A stretch of 37,915 nt of DNA, from positions 1 to 37,915 of the IMG/VR virus record IMGVR_UViG_3300048901_000076. One strand, given 5' to 3'. The position numbers and the translations under genes are program-made. How positions within the stretch are numbered: position 1 is the first letter of the stretch; the number at the start of each line of letters is the position of its first letter. Below, one piece after another: positions 8,901-16,110 of this stretch. The notes beneath the pieces were generated by a model, which searched no databases, had not been told where the DNA came from, and saw only the letters and a list, made by a program, of their open reading frames with translations. This stretch comes from a virus. Taxonomy: Duplodnaviria > Caudoviricetes.

Positions 8901-9715
8901 CCCATGAACAAGAAAGCCATAATTCGAGCTGTGTAACTAGGCTTGTATTTTTCATTCATGGTCATCTCTTCGTGAGAGATGATGGAATTAAGTTTCGTAT
9001 TGTCGTCGATCTTACTGAGATCACCATCGTGTTGAATGGCCACGAGTGGATTATTTCTGAATATCTCGGTCGCGAATGAGTTGTTGTTCCCAACTAATGC
9101 TTTTGCTTCGAACGATGCCGTATATCCCTCGAAGAGTTTTGCAATTATATTGAGAATGGTGGACTTTCCGGTACCACCAGGACCGTAGAGCACAAGAAAT
9201 TTCTGTAGCTTCTTGGAATCTCCCGAAATAACAGCGCCAATTGCCCATTCAATCTTGGCGCGTTCTTCCTCGGAATATAGCTCACTAACGAGTTCATCCC
9301 AAGCACTAATATCTCCAGGAGCCAGTGCGTATGGAAGTCGTCGAGAGACGTAATCATTCTTCTTAACTTCAGTATTTGCAAACGTCAACGATTCGTCTAG
9401 TTGATGACTATTGTCACTGACGTTTTGGAGAAACTTCCGGAACTGTGCCCATGCGTTGCTGGTGAACGAACGGAGGTATTTTACGGTGCATTTGATACCG
9501 AGGGCTTCCTGTTTATCCGCATGCTCTCGAAGAGCCCGATCCACAAGACGTTGAACGTCGTATTCGTCTGTGGACCACAAGTTACGTTCTTCATCCCAAA
9601 TGGCGTAAAATGACCGACCACGAACCATTAAGTCTTTAGAACGTCCGACGAAGAAATCCGGGTAGATCTCAATCCCGCTCTTCGTCTCCTTGGTGCAGAT
9701 GTCAAAGAAATCCAT
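5918..9715 (-). CDS. Fused SF3 helicase - primase (AEP/prim-pol) - 3'-5' exonuclease - family B DNA polymerase
   Basis: Walker A GPGGTGKS; prim-pol motifs IDFDLKD and SRSGSGVHLHY; ExoI FFDVEVY and ExoII GFNNRRYD; PolB motifs LLDVASMHPT, KIVINIVYG, HIKTDS. Confidence 0.9.
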   Translation of the reverse strand: MDFFDICTKETKSGIEIYPDFFVGRSKDLMVRGRSFYAIWDEERNLWSTDEYDVQRLVDRALREHADKQEALGIKCTVKYLRSFTSNAWAQFRKFLQNVSDNSHQLDESLTFANTEVKKNDYVSRRLPYALAPGDISAWDELVSELYSEEERAKIEWAIGAVISGDSKKLQKFLVLYGPGGTGKSTILNIIAKLFEGYTASFEAKALVGNNNSFATEIFRNNPLVAIQHDGDLSKIDDNTKLNSIISHEEMTMNEKYKPSYTARIMAFLFMGTNKPVKISDAKSGIIRRLIDVHPTGNRLAPSHYFALMSQIDFELGAIAHHCLTVYREMGKNYYNAYRPLEMMLQTDVFFNFVEAHFDIFKQQDGCTLKQAYALYKVYVQDTGLEFSLPQYKVREELRNYFSEFHDRIIIDGQSVRSYYSGFTAQPFKSLVSKDNPAFSLVMDETTSIFDLEFADQPAQGAKDDETPLERWSTVKTTLSMVDTAQTHYVKVPEHHIVIDFDLKDDDGRKSLERNLEAASSWPPTYGELSRSGSGVHLHYFFDGPTDKLAPVYSDGIEVKVFTGNASLRRRLSKCNNVPIATLSSGLPFKEKKMLDVGTIKSERALRDLIKRNLNKDIHPGTKPSIDFIKHILDEAYDAGMVFDVSDLKSKIVAFANNSTNQPLPCLKVVQKMRFKSEELAKPEHVEIQEERIVFFDVEVYPNLFVVCWKYAGSPNVTAMINPTGTEIEGLFKFKLVGFNNRRYDNHILWARFLGYDNDQLYRLSQKIIDGNVGAMFGEAYNLSWTDIYDFSSVKMSLKKFMILLKIHHMELDLPWDKPVKKEDIPRVVEYCTNDVNGTEVTFNSRKQDFVARQILAELSGLTVNDTTQKHTAKIVFGDDRNPQKSFVYTDLSKEFPGYVYEKGSSTYLGETVGEGGYVYAEPGMYENVALLDVASMHPTSIIRLNAFGEYTRNFAELLEARLAIKAKDYERAKGLLQGRLGKYLDDPTGAGGLADALKIVINIVYGLTSAKFDNPFRDPRNKDNIVAKRGALFMIDLKKFVQERGFTVAHIKTDSIKIPDATPEIIAEVVAFGEKYGYTFEHEATYDALCLANDAVYVARQTDETGHHWTTVGAQFQHPYVFKTLFSGEPITFDDLCEPKSVTQGTMYLDFEHDRPMATASGKMQHVGRTGLFVPVLPAAGGAILYRVKDDKQYAVSGTKGHLWLEAEMCGDLDMSLVDMTYFEALADQARADIDYFGEFTRLTGEAREYSDPPCNDDDPPWVD

Positions 9716-9731
9716 TCAACCTCCCTTCGCT

Positions 9732-10259
9732 CTAAGTCCTCTCAAGGACATAGGCACTTAGCTGGTACCAGATCTCGACTTTCCTCTGGTCATCATGTGG
9801 TTCCGAGAGAGGAAATAGACCGCCATAACCGTTGTAATCATACGTTCGAAAGATTAAACGGTCTAGAATCTCCTCGACAAGTTCTGTCGGGATTTTAAAG
9901 CGATCGTTGTAACAATCCAACTCCAGATTGCGCATAAGAACCCAGAACCAGTCTCGGGGTTGACCCTCAGCTTCAAAGGCCAACCTCCGAGAAAGTCCTA
10001 TCATCAACTCAAGAACTGAACAACCCATCTCCATCCAGTTGGGATCCACATTCGTGAGCCCTTGTTGGTCGGCGAATTCGAATCTGAGATCCCTTCCATC
10101 TTCTACACGGTTATCGTCATTAGGGACAATCCAGACAAACTCTTTCGTGTAGAGTTGTCTTAGAATATCCCAATAGGTATTCGTTGGATTCGTGACTTCG
10201 ATGTCGGCGACTTGACTGTAGAGCCACTGGAAATGCAACTCGTCAAGTGGTTGGCTCAC
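9732..10259 (-). CDS. Conserved hypothetical phage protein
   Basis: 175-aa ORF coupled to the upstream gene; NDDNRVEDGRDLR...CSVLELMIGLSRR...GGLFPL...VEIWYQL. Confidence 0.8.
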   Translation of the reverse strand: MSQPLDELHFQWLYSQVADIEVTNPTNTYWDILRQLYTKEFVWIVPNDDNRVEDGRDLRFEFADQQGLTNVDPNWMEMGCSVLELMIGLSRRLAFEAEGQPRDWFWVLMRNLELDCYNDRFKIPTELVEEILDRLIFRTYDYNGYGGLFPLSEPHDDQRKVEIWYQLSAYVLERT

Positions 10260-11107
10260 TCATCCGCGTCCCAACCGTTCCGACGACCACGTCGCTTCTC
10301 CGAATGCTCGACGAAGCCGGCGACGTCTCGACCGTAGGAACCTTCGTTGCGAAGAACCTCGAAATCCATGCACATCTTCTCGTTTCGGATGTAAACCGTG
10401 TTCTTGTCGCCGTTGGTGAACATACCGAACTTGTCCATGTTTCCTTCTCCGACCACACCATCGACATCAGGAATCGGCATCTCTCGCTCGTCAACGAGAA
10501 CACCATCCTCCTCGAAGAAGGTCAACGTGCTTTGTCTGAAGCCGACTTCTTCGTGCATGAACATGTCGACGGGAATCAGATATGGTCGATCGCGACCTTG
10601 ACGGAGATTACGCACGTATTCTTCGTAAGTAGGCCAATCGTCCGGAAGCTTCTGAAAGAGATGCCGCTCCTCCAACGCATTTTCCGGACGAAGATCGAGG
10701 AGTGTCTCAACTTCCTCGACCGCTGTTTCCTCATCCGTCGTAAGTTCTTCCGTCCTTGTGTAGTCCACGATCGGAATTCGCTTCAGTCCGTCAAGAACGC
10801 GTATCAAAGTCGGTTCGGAGACTTCACCGTCCTGATACAGTGCCAAAGCACCTGCCGCTTGTTCAGCCGTGACCTCGCCTGCAGGAACCTCTCGCTCAAC
10901 ATCCTCAGTCCTGTCCGCCAACTTCGCGTACGGACCTACCTTGTAGAGCATTTGGTATGTGGTCTTCGTTGCTGCGATCTGCTCGGTTAGTTCCCGTTCG
11001 AAGCCCGCTTCGAGTCGTCTCTTCGCGATCTGGTAACCCGCGACAAGACCCGTCGCCATCGAAGCTACGGAAGTGCTTGCGAGGACCGCGATGATTCGCC
11101 TGTCCAT
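10256..11107 (-). CDS. Hypothetical protein with N-terminal membrane anchor
   Basis: Hydrophobic N-terminus, acidic middle, C-terminal PYLI...TLTFFEEDGVLVDE...VYIRNE domain. Confidence 0.8.
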   Translation of the reverse strand: MDRRIIAVLASTSVASMATGLVAGYQIAKRRLEAGFERELTEQIAATKTTYQMLYKVGPYAKLADRTEDVEREVPAGEVTAEQAAGALALYQDGEVSEPTLIRVLDGLKRIPIVDYTRTEELTTDEETAVEEVETLLDLRPENALEERHLFQKLPDDWPTYEEYVRNLRQGRDRPYLIPVDMFMHEEVGFRQSTLTFFEEDGVLVDEREMPIPDVDGVVGEGNMDKFGMFTNGDKNTVYIRNEKMCMDFEVLRNEGSYGRDVAGFVEHSEKRRGRRNGWDADE

Positions 11108-11113
11108 AATTTC

Positions 11114-12010
11114 TCACTCCTTGATCTTGTCGAAGATGGTGCCCTCGTCGATGTTGAAGTCGATCAGGATCGCGCCTTCCCAGCCGTTTACGAAGGCTCG
11201 CGCCCGCTCGTTACTGCCGTCGAAAATCCCGAAGTCGATGTAGTTCTTGTTGCCCTTGCCGAGGATCCAACCCAATACCGCACCCGCCCTGGACCGTTCC
11301 ATTCCGAGAGCGTCATACACCTCGTTCAGGAACACGTGACCACGCGACTGCAACAGATTGTTGAGGTAATTCTGCTTCGCCTGCAGGAAGAAGCGATTGT
11401 ACTCCCAGGTCCGCTGCCAGTCGGCGCACGTCTCATCGAAGAACCTCGCGTGAACAGACGCGTCCTTGGCCACCTTGACTGCCTTGACGACCACACCTTC
11501 GGGAGTGTCCTCGGCGAACTCACGAAGCTCATAGCCGTAGCGGTATTCGTCGTCCTTGTCCTTGCCGTACTCTGCGATAACTCGGTCGCGGTAGTCGCGG
11601 AAGCCCTTGTCCAGAGCCGCGTATGCCGCCGTCAGAGCCACGTTCCGCCGAGTGAGGATGATGTGCGACCCAGTCAGTGAACAGATCGACAGAAGACCAA
11701 CGGCCACACTCGGCAAATACAGCTTCATGATCTTTCCGGACGTCCTGGCCAACAGAACCATCTTGTCGTGCTTCTGGTCCTTCTCGGAGTAACCCTCGAT
11801 GTTCTCGGCCAGGTTGATCTTCTCCAGAATCTCCTGGTGTTCCTCGAGCACCTCGTCGAGCTTGAGAGTTGCACGGCTCGCCAGAACGGCCGCGGTCACG
11901 ACGCCGACGACGCCAACCCCGAACAACAGCGTGGGTGATGCACCCTGCACTTTGAGGATCTGCCTGCCCGCACGGGAGGTGATCGCATTTCGAATAGTGG
12001 CGAGTTTCAT
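11114..12010 (-). CDS. DUF6353-like membrane-associated protein (paralogue A)
   Basis: SPTLLFGVGVVGVVTAAVLASRATLK...LYLPSVAVG...RRNVALTAAYAALDKGFRDYRDRV. Confidence 0.8.
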   Translation of the reverse strand: MKLATIRNAITSRAGRQILKVQGASPTLLFGVGVVGVVTAAVLASRATLKLDEVLEEHQEILEKINLAENIEGYSEKDQKHDKMVLLARTSGKIMKLYLPSVAVGLLSICSLTGSHIILTRRNVALTAAYAALDKGFRDYRDRVIAEYGKDKDDEYRYGYELREFAEDTPEGVVVKAVKVAKDASVHARFFDETCADWQRTWEYNRFFLQAKQNYLNNLLQSRGHVFLNEVYDALGMERSRAGAVLGWILGKGNKNYIDFGIFDGSNERARAFVNGWEGAILIDFNIDEGTIFDKIKE

Positions 12011-12018
12011 GTTCTCTC

Positions 12019-12144
12019 CTAGATCTTGTTCTGCCGACGCAAACGTAGATACGTCACGTAGACTTGAGCGTCGGACATTTTGTCAACTTTCGCGTACCAC
12101 TTGGGATAGGGATATGCCTGTTTGATTTGCTCTCGAATAGGCAT
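12019..12144 (-). CDS. Small hypothetical protein (41 aa)
   Basis: Below the ORF-track cutoff; fills the gap exactly, SD AAGGA; MPIREQIKQAYPYPKWYAKVDKMSDAQVYVTYLRLRRQNKI. Confidence 0.7.
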   Translation of the reverse strand: MPIREQIKQAYPYPKWYAKVDKMSDAQVYVTYLRLRRQNKI

Positions 12145-12153
12145 GTTAGATCC

Positions 12154-12807
12154 TTACTTGAGTGGCTCCGTCCTTGGCAGATCGAGAAGGTATCCATTCG
12201 TGACGCGAACAACGCCGGCGCCGCGAATATCCCTCCAACCGTGATTCTGATCAGTGAAGTGCGATGTTTCTCCGATGAGATCGTAGAGATCAGCGACCGT
12301 AGCCTGTTCATACTTCGAAACCAGCTCGAACAGACCCTCGATTACTTCTTCCGCTTCTGCCCTTGTCGACAGAACAACCTCATCGAAGTTGTGTACTGCT
12401 CTTGCGCGCTGGCTCAACTGGCTTCGAGGATCTTCGCGACGACCTCGATCACCAGCCTGAGAGAAGCGATTGTAATTCACGAATCCGGATGCTATGCCAG
12501 GACGATTTCCGGTACGACGACTTGACGATCGAGCCTCGCCAAATATCATTCGCTCCACGCCTTGGCTCACGACATCCGCAATCGTATCTTTCAATGATGG
12601 AACTATGACATCCATCACAACGTATTGTGCTACAGATTTTGCATCTCCACCGACGAACGTCTCCATGAAGCGCTTTCCGAGCGGCTTCTTCCGCCGAGTA
12701 ACCTTACCAACGACGACCTTTTTGACTTCTTTGCCATCGTTTGGCGCGTTTTCCTCAGAATCGGTCTTCGGGAGCTTGTTCGTTGGATCGGAAATTGGGT
12801 TAGTCAA
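12154..12807 (-). CDS. Conserved hypothetical phage protein
   Basis: 217-aa ORF; C-terminal domain ATVADLYDLIG...DQNHGW. Confidence 0.8.
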   Translation of the reverse strand: MTNPISDPTNKLPKTDSEENAPNDGKEVKKVVVGKVTRRKKPLGKRFMETFVGGDAKSVAQYVVMDVIVPSLKDTIADVVSQGVERMIFGEARSSSRRTGNRPGIASGFVNYNRFSQAGDRGRREDPRSQLSQRARAVHNFDEVVLSTRAEAEEVIEGLFELVSKYEQATVADLYDLIGETSHFTDQNHGWRDIRGAGVVRVTNGYLLDLPRTEPLK

Positions 12808-12827
12808 AATATCCTCGATCCTGAGAC

Positions 12828-12866
12828 AAAAACTAAAAGACCGTGTTTCTTAGGTCAGTTAGTTTT
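12828..12866 (-). terminator. Intrinsic terminator-like hairpin closing cassette 4
   Basis: AAAACTAA..GACC/GGTC..TTAGTTTT stem, U-rich 3' side on the minus strand. Confidence 0.6.
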
Positions 12867-12883
12867 GAGGTTTACGGCAGTGG

Positions 12884-13123
12884 TTACTTGTCGGTGACGT
12901 TGGTCTTCCACCATTTGACAGCCGAGTCAATCGCGTTGTCGGTGTACTGGCCGGCAGCCTTGGCAACGATCGATCCGATAACGTACGTCGTAACGGGCAT
13001 GGTGATGTTATCCACCAGCCCTTCACGGGTTGTGTTATTCATGACGATCTTACCAACGATGCTTCCAGAACCGATTCCGACGACGATCTTGACTGCCTGC
13101 TTGGCGAGTTCGATCTTGGTCAT
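12884..13123 (-). CDS. Small membrane protein (cassette 4 cargo)
   Basis: 79 aa with two Gly-rich hydrophobic segments; directly after the promoter motif and SD GAAGGA. Confidence 0.8.
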   Translation of the reverse strand: MTKIELAKQAVKIVVGIGSGSIVGKIVMNNTTREGLVDNITMPVTTYVIGSIVAKAAGQYTDNAIDSAVKWWKTNVTDK

Positions 13124-13141
13124 TTCAGTCCTTCTTTCGTA

Positions 13142-13174
13142 GGGGTCTCATTATATGCGGTGTTTTTCTTGCGA
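13142..13174 (-). promoter_or_regulatory. Repeated phage promoter motif, copy 4
   Basis: TCGCAAGAAAAACACCGCATATAATGAGACCCC. Confidence 0.8.
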
Positions 13175-13411
13175 TGCGTGGGCACATTCTCTTCTGGGTT
13201 GGAGAACAGAAGACTACGGCTGTCGTTTAAAGTAAGCGGCCGGAATAAGGGCTTGAATAGACCCCTCAGCGCAAGCCCTTTGCTTACTCCCTTGTTCGCA
13301 TCGTGTTACTTGTGTAGGTGTTTGAGTAACAGATAGGCCAACCAGAGGCCTCCTGTCAACCCGGTGAGAAACAGATCTACCAGGAAGTGACCGAACCCGT
13401 AACGGTTGGTC
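13172..13411 (-). ncRNA. Candidate multi-stem structured ncRNA
   Basis: 240-nt gap with no ORF of 60 aa or more, containing at least seven inverted-repeat stems, including a long-range CGATGCG/CGCATCG closing stem. Confidence 0.6.
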
Positions 13412-13984
13412 TTAGGAGTCTCCTGACGAGCGGGCGAAACCGGCCTGAAGGATCGTCAGAGGGATGTTCTTCCCCTTGAGTGGTCGCATCAACGCCGTCC
13501 ACTCCTCGTTCGACATCGCGACAAGTTCTGCGATCGTGTAGTCCTCAGGCGCCTTCTTCTGCTCTTCGTCCGCACCATCGCCGACGCCCAGGACCACCAC
13601 ATCCGTGCTGGCCGCGATCGCTCCACGCATGTCTTCAGGAACGATGCCAGTGATGAACTCGGTTGCCGCTCCGGAGTTCGTGACCAACTCCATGAACAGA
13701 ACCGAATACGCGTCGGACTGCATGAAGTTGTTCCGGATCGTGTCGGTCTTCTCGAAACGCTTACCGTCTACGGAACGCTCACCGACGGCCATCGAGATGA
13801 TCTTCTTGAACTCAGCCATGATGGTGGCGCCGTCACCCGCCGCGATGATGTTTCGCAGGTAGGTGGCGAAGTCGTTGTGACCGAGGGCGAATTCCGCCAA
13901 CTCGGCCTTGGAGAGGTGGAAGTAGAACGTCTCGACATACTTCTGTCCGTCGAATCCGTCGTACTGGATTTCCTTCTTCAGCAT
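13412..13984 (-). CDS. Conserved hypothetical phage protein (possibly tail-chaperone-like)
   Basis: MLKKEIQYDGFDGQKYVETFYFHLSKAEL...GERSVDGKRFEK...FMQSDAYSVLFMEL. Confidence 0.8.
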   Translation of the reverse strand: MLKKEIQYDGFDGQKYVETFYFHLSKAELAEFALGHNDFATYLRNIIAAGDGATIMAEFKKIISMAVGERSVDGKRFEKTDTIRNNFMQSDAYSVLFMELVTNSGAATEFITGIVPEDMRGAIAASTDVVVLGVGDGADEEQKKAPEDYTIAELVAMSNEEWTALMRPLKGKNIPLTILQAGFARSSGDS

Positions 13985-14199
13985 CAGACGGCGTCCTTAC
14001 CAGTCTCGATCTTGCGGGAGCGGACGGACTTGACGACGGTCTCGATGACCGGGCCGGTGCCGTCGTTGACCTCCAGCGTCTCGTCGGTCTCCTCGGCCGG
14101 CTGCCGATTGACGACCGCCAAAGCCACGCCGGTGAGCAACACGCCGAGGCCAGCGGTGACGAGGTTCTTCTTGGTGAGCAGTTCCAGAATCTTCTTCAT
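13984..14199 (-). CDS. Small membrane protein
   Basis: 71 aa; TM segment LVTAGLGVLLTGVALAVV followed by an acidic tail. Confidence 0.75.
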   Translation of the reverse strand: MKKILELLTKKNLVTAGLGVLLTGVALAVVNRQPAEETDETLEVNDGTGPVIETVVKSVRSRKIETGKDAV

Positions 14200-14218
14200 G
14201 ATTGCGATACCTTCCTGA

Positions 14219-14983
14219 TTAGATGTTGAACCGGTCGAAGTTGTGGATCGGCATTACATGGAAATCGATGACGATACAGGGTTTACCGCTCTCGGTGATG
14301 GTCGCCGAGAAATTGAGCTCAACCTGTTTGTCACTATTCCATCCGACGTTGTCGGAGATGGCCGTTGACGGGAGGCCTACCCGCTCATAGAAGTCCGACA
14401 ATGACGCATAGCTGTCATGAAGGATTCTGTAGTTAATTGTGTTCTGTGCCTGCTTGATCGTCTCGAGATCGCTCAAGAAGTAACGACCAGTATACGAGTC
14501 GAAACACAGAACACTGCCACCGCCTGCGATGATCACTTGAGCAGAGTCGGGAGGATTACGATCGACTCGGTCCTGGGCGATCTCATCTCTGAAACTCTGT
14601 TCTTTTGTGTTACCCAGCTTCTCCACGATCTTTCCACGATATTCAGCGAAGGCCTTCTCTGTGATCGTGTACGCAGCTGCTACGGCTGCAGCGCGTCGAG
14701 ACCCGATCCGATCCGCAAATATGATCGCGACAATTGTGAGAAGACCGGTTCCTGCAGCTGGAATATAGAGTTTCCAGACGAGTTCGAAAGTCTCCTTGTC
14801 AGAAATGGGTTGTTCTCTGTGCATCGCCTCCTCTTCGAGAAGATATACCGCCTTGATAGTCGCCTTGCCCGTCAAGATCGCGGTTGTGACGACACCTGTG
14901 ACACCGATTGCTGTCAGAATAACCGGTGAGTTGTTGGTGACCAACCTACTTGCTCGTTTGGCCAAATCTGCGAATGTCGCCAT
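14219..14983 (-). CDS. DUF6353-like membrane-associated protein (paralogue B)
   Basis: NSPVILTAIGVTGVVTTAILTGKATIKA...WKLYIPAAGTG...RRAAAVAAAYTITEKAFAEYRGKI; start ATG 14983. Confidence 0.8.
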   Translation of the reverse strand: MATFADLAKRASRLVTNNSPVILTAIGVTGVVTTAILTGKATIKAVYLLEEEAMHREQPISDKETFELVWKLYIPAAGTGLLTIVAIIFADRIGSRRAAAVAAAYTITEKAFAEYRGKIVEKLGNTKEQSFRDEIAQDRVDRNPPDSAQVIIAGGGSVLCFDSYTGRYFLSDLETIKQAQNTINYRILHDSYASLSDFYERVGLPSTAISDNVGWNSDKQVELNFSATITESGKPCIVIDFHVMPIHNFDRFNI

Positions 14984-15212
14984 GGAACCCCTTCGCGATC
15001 GCGAATAACTGTCGATCAACCTCGTTCATTCGAGCAGCCTCGCGTTTACTTTCGCGTCTACTCTGAATACGGTTGATCAGGCGAATAAGATCGTCATACG
15101 CGCCTCTGATGACACACCCGGCGACAACGATCAGAAACATCGCGCCCACGATGATGAATACGAACTCGAGAGTGGATAGGGCGAGTTGTTCAGAACAGAC
15201 TGTACCGGGCAT
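14946..15212 (-). CDS. Small membrane protein
   Basis: ATG 15212 with SD AAAGGAG; TM segment FVFIIVGAMFLIVVAGCVI. Confidence 0.7.
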   Translation of the reverse strand: MPGTVCSEQLALSTLEFVFIIVGAMFLIVVAGCVIRGAYDDLIRLINRIQSRRESKREAARMNEVDRQLFAIAKGFHGDIRRFGQTSK

Positions 15213-15226
15213 GATGATCTCCTTTG

Positions 15227-15403
15227 TTAGGCCCGAGTCATTGATGGAATATCTTGATACGGCGCCAGCTCTCTCACGAGCTTGGTAAAGAAACCGTCGT
15301 CGAAGTTGACGCGATTCCTCTGACGCTGGTCTTCGATCCGGTAGGCACGTCGCTCGATCAGGTAGACGTTCCACGCGATGTAGAATTTCTTCCAGAGTCT
15401 CAC
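15227..15403 (-). CDS. Hypothetical protein (58 aa)
   Basis: Below the ORF-track cutoff; GTG 15403 with SD GAAGGA; MRLWKKFYIAWNVYLIERRAYRIEDQRQRNR... Confidence 0.65.
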   Translation of the reverse strand: MRLWKKFYIAWNVYLIERRAYRIEDQRQRNRVNFDDGFFTKLVRELAPYQDIPSMTRA

Positions 15404-15424
15404 TAGATTCCTTCCGTTGAAGCG

Positions 15425-15457
15425 AAAAACCTAGGCCGTGTTAGGGCTTCGGTTTTT
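15425..15457 (-). terminator. Terminator-like hairpin closing cassette 3
   Basis: AAAAACC..GCC/GGC..GGTTTTT stem. Confidence 0.6.
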
Positions 15458-15464
15458 GGTCCGT

Positions 15465-15623
15465 TCAGGATTCGGTGGAGTTCGACTTCTTGATTCGCTC
15501 GACGACGATGCCGCACACGACGCCCGCTCCGACGGCGATCGCGAGGGGCATGAATGCCTTGGCGACGGCCAGCTTGGAGGGCTTGGTGGTGGTCTCGTTG
15601 TCGGGGGTCTCGGTGGTCTTCAC
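15465..15623 (-). CDS. Small membrane protein (cassette 3 cargo, 52 aa)
   Basis: GTG 15623 after SD GAAGGAGA; TM segment AFMPLAIAVGAGVVCGIVV. Confidence 0.75.
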   Translation of the reverse strand: MKTTETPDNETTTKPSKLAVAKAFMPLAIAVGAGVVCGIVVERIKKSNSTES

Positions 15624-15639
15624 TGGGTCTCCTTCTGTT

Positions 15640-15672
15640 GGGGTCTCATTATAGTCCCTGTAATTCCTGCGA
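15640..15672 (-). promoter_or_regulatory. Repeated phage promoter motif, copy 3
   Basis: TCGCAGGAATTACAGGGACTATAATGAGACCCC. Confidence 0.8.
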
Positions 15673-15707
15673 CCTTTCAACAGAATTTCCCCCGCGGTAT
15701 TTTTTGG

Positions 15708-15748
15708 AAAACGAAAACCTAAGCCCTTGTGGGGACGTAGGTCTTTGA
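15708..15748 (-). terminator. Terminator-like hairpin closing cassette 2
   Basis: Minus strand ACCT..CCC-cacaa-GGG..AGGT followed by TTTCGTTTT. Confidence 0.55.
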
Positions 15749-15749
15749 C

Positions 15750-15968
15750 TCATCGATCGGGGACACATCGGACGATGATCTCCAGCGTAGCCTTCCAAGC
15801 CAGCGTAGCTCCGACGCCAACCGCGACTACAACAACTACATCTCGCACGAATTCCTTGACGATTTTAAGCGTTTCGGGATCCAGTGCGGATGTGGTGGTT
15901 GAGGTCGCGTCGTCGTCTTTCTTAACTGACTTGACAAGCTTCACTTGGAGTTCACGTTTTCCAAACAT
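15750..15968 (-). CDS. Small membrane protein (cassette 2 cargo, 72 aa)
   Basis: ATG 15968 after SD GAAGGAGA; TM segment VVVVVAVGVGATLAW. Confidence 0.75.
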   Translation of the reverse strand: MFGKRELQVKLVKSVKKDDDATSTTTSALDPETLKIVKEFVRDVVVVVAVGVGATLAWKATLEIIVRCVPDR

Positions 15969-15984
15969 GGCTTCTCCTTCGTTA

Positions 15985-16017
15985 GGGGTCTCATTATACA
16001 CGATGTTTTCCCCGCGA
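15985..16017 (-). promoter_or_regulatory. Repeated phage promoter motif, copy 2
   Basis: TCGCGGGGAAAACATCGTGTATAATGAGACCCC. Confidence 0.8.
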
Positions 16018-16040
16018 AAGGCAAAAATATAAATCCTCGC

Positions 16041-16083
16041 AAAACACAAAAGGCGTGCAAGCTTTGTGGGCCTACACGCCTTT
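16041..16083 (-). terminator. Intrinsic terminator closing cassette 1
   Basis: AAAGGCGTG (16049-16057)/CACGCCTTT (16075-16083); the minus-strand 3' side reads TTTTGTGTTTT. Confidence 0.7.
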
Positions 16084-16110
16084 AGCGTCGTCCTTCTGTT
16101 GGTACGGATG

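Noticed and set aside
13172-13411. tRNA or tmRNA
   Set aside because: No T-loop/D-loop consensus, cloverleaf or acceptor stem recognisable by eye.
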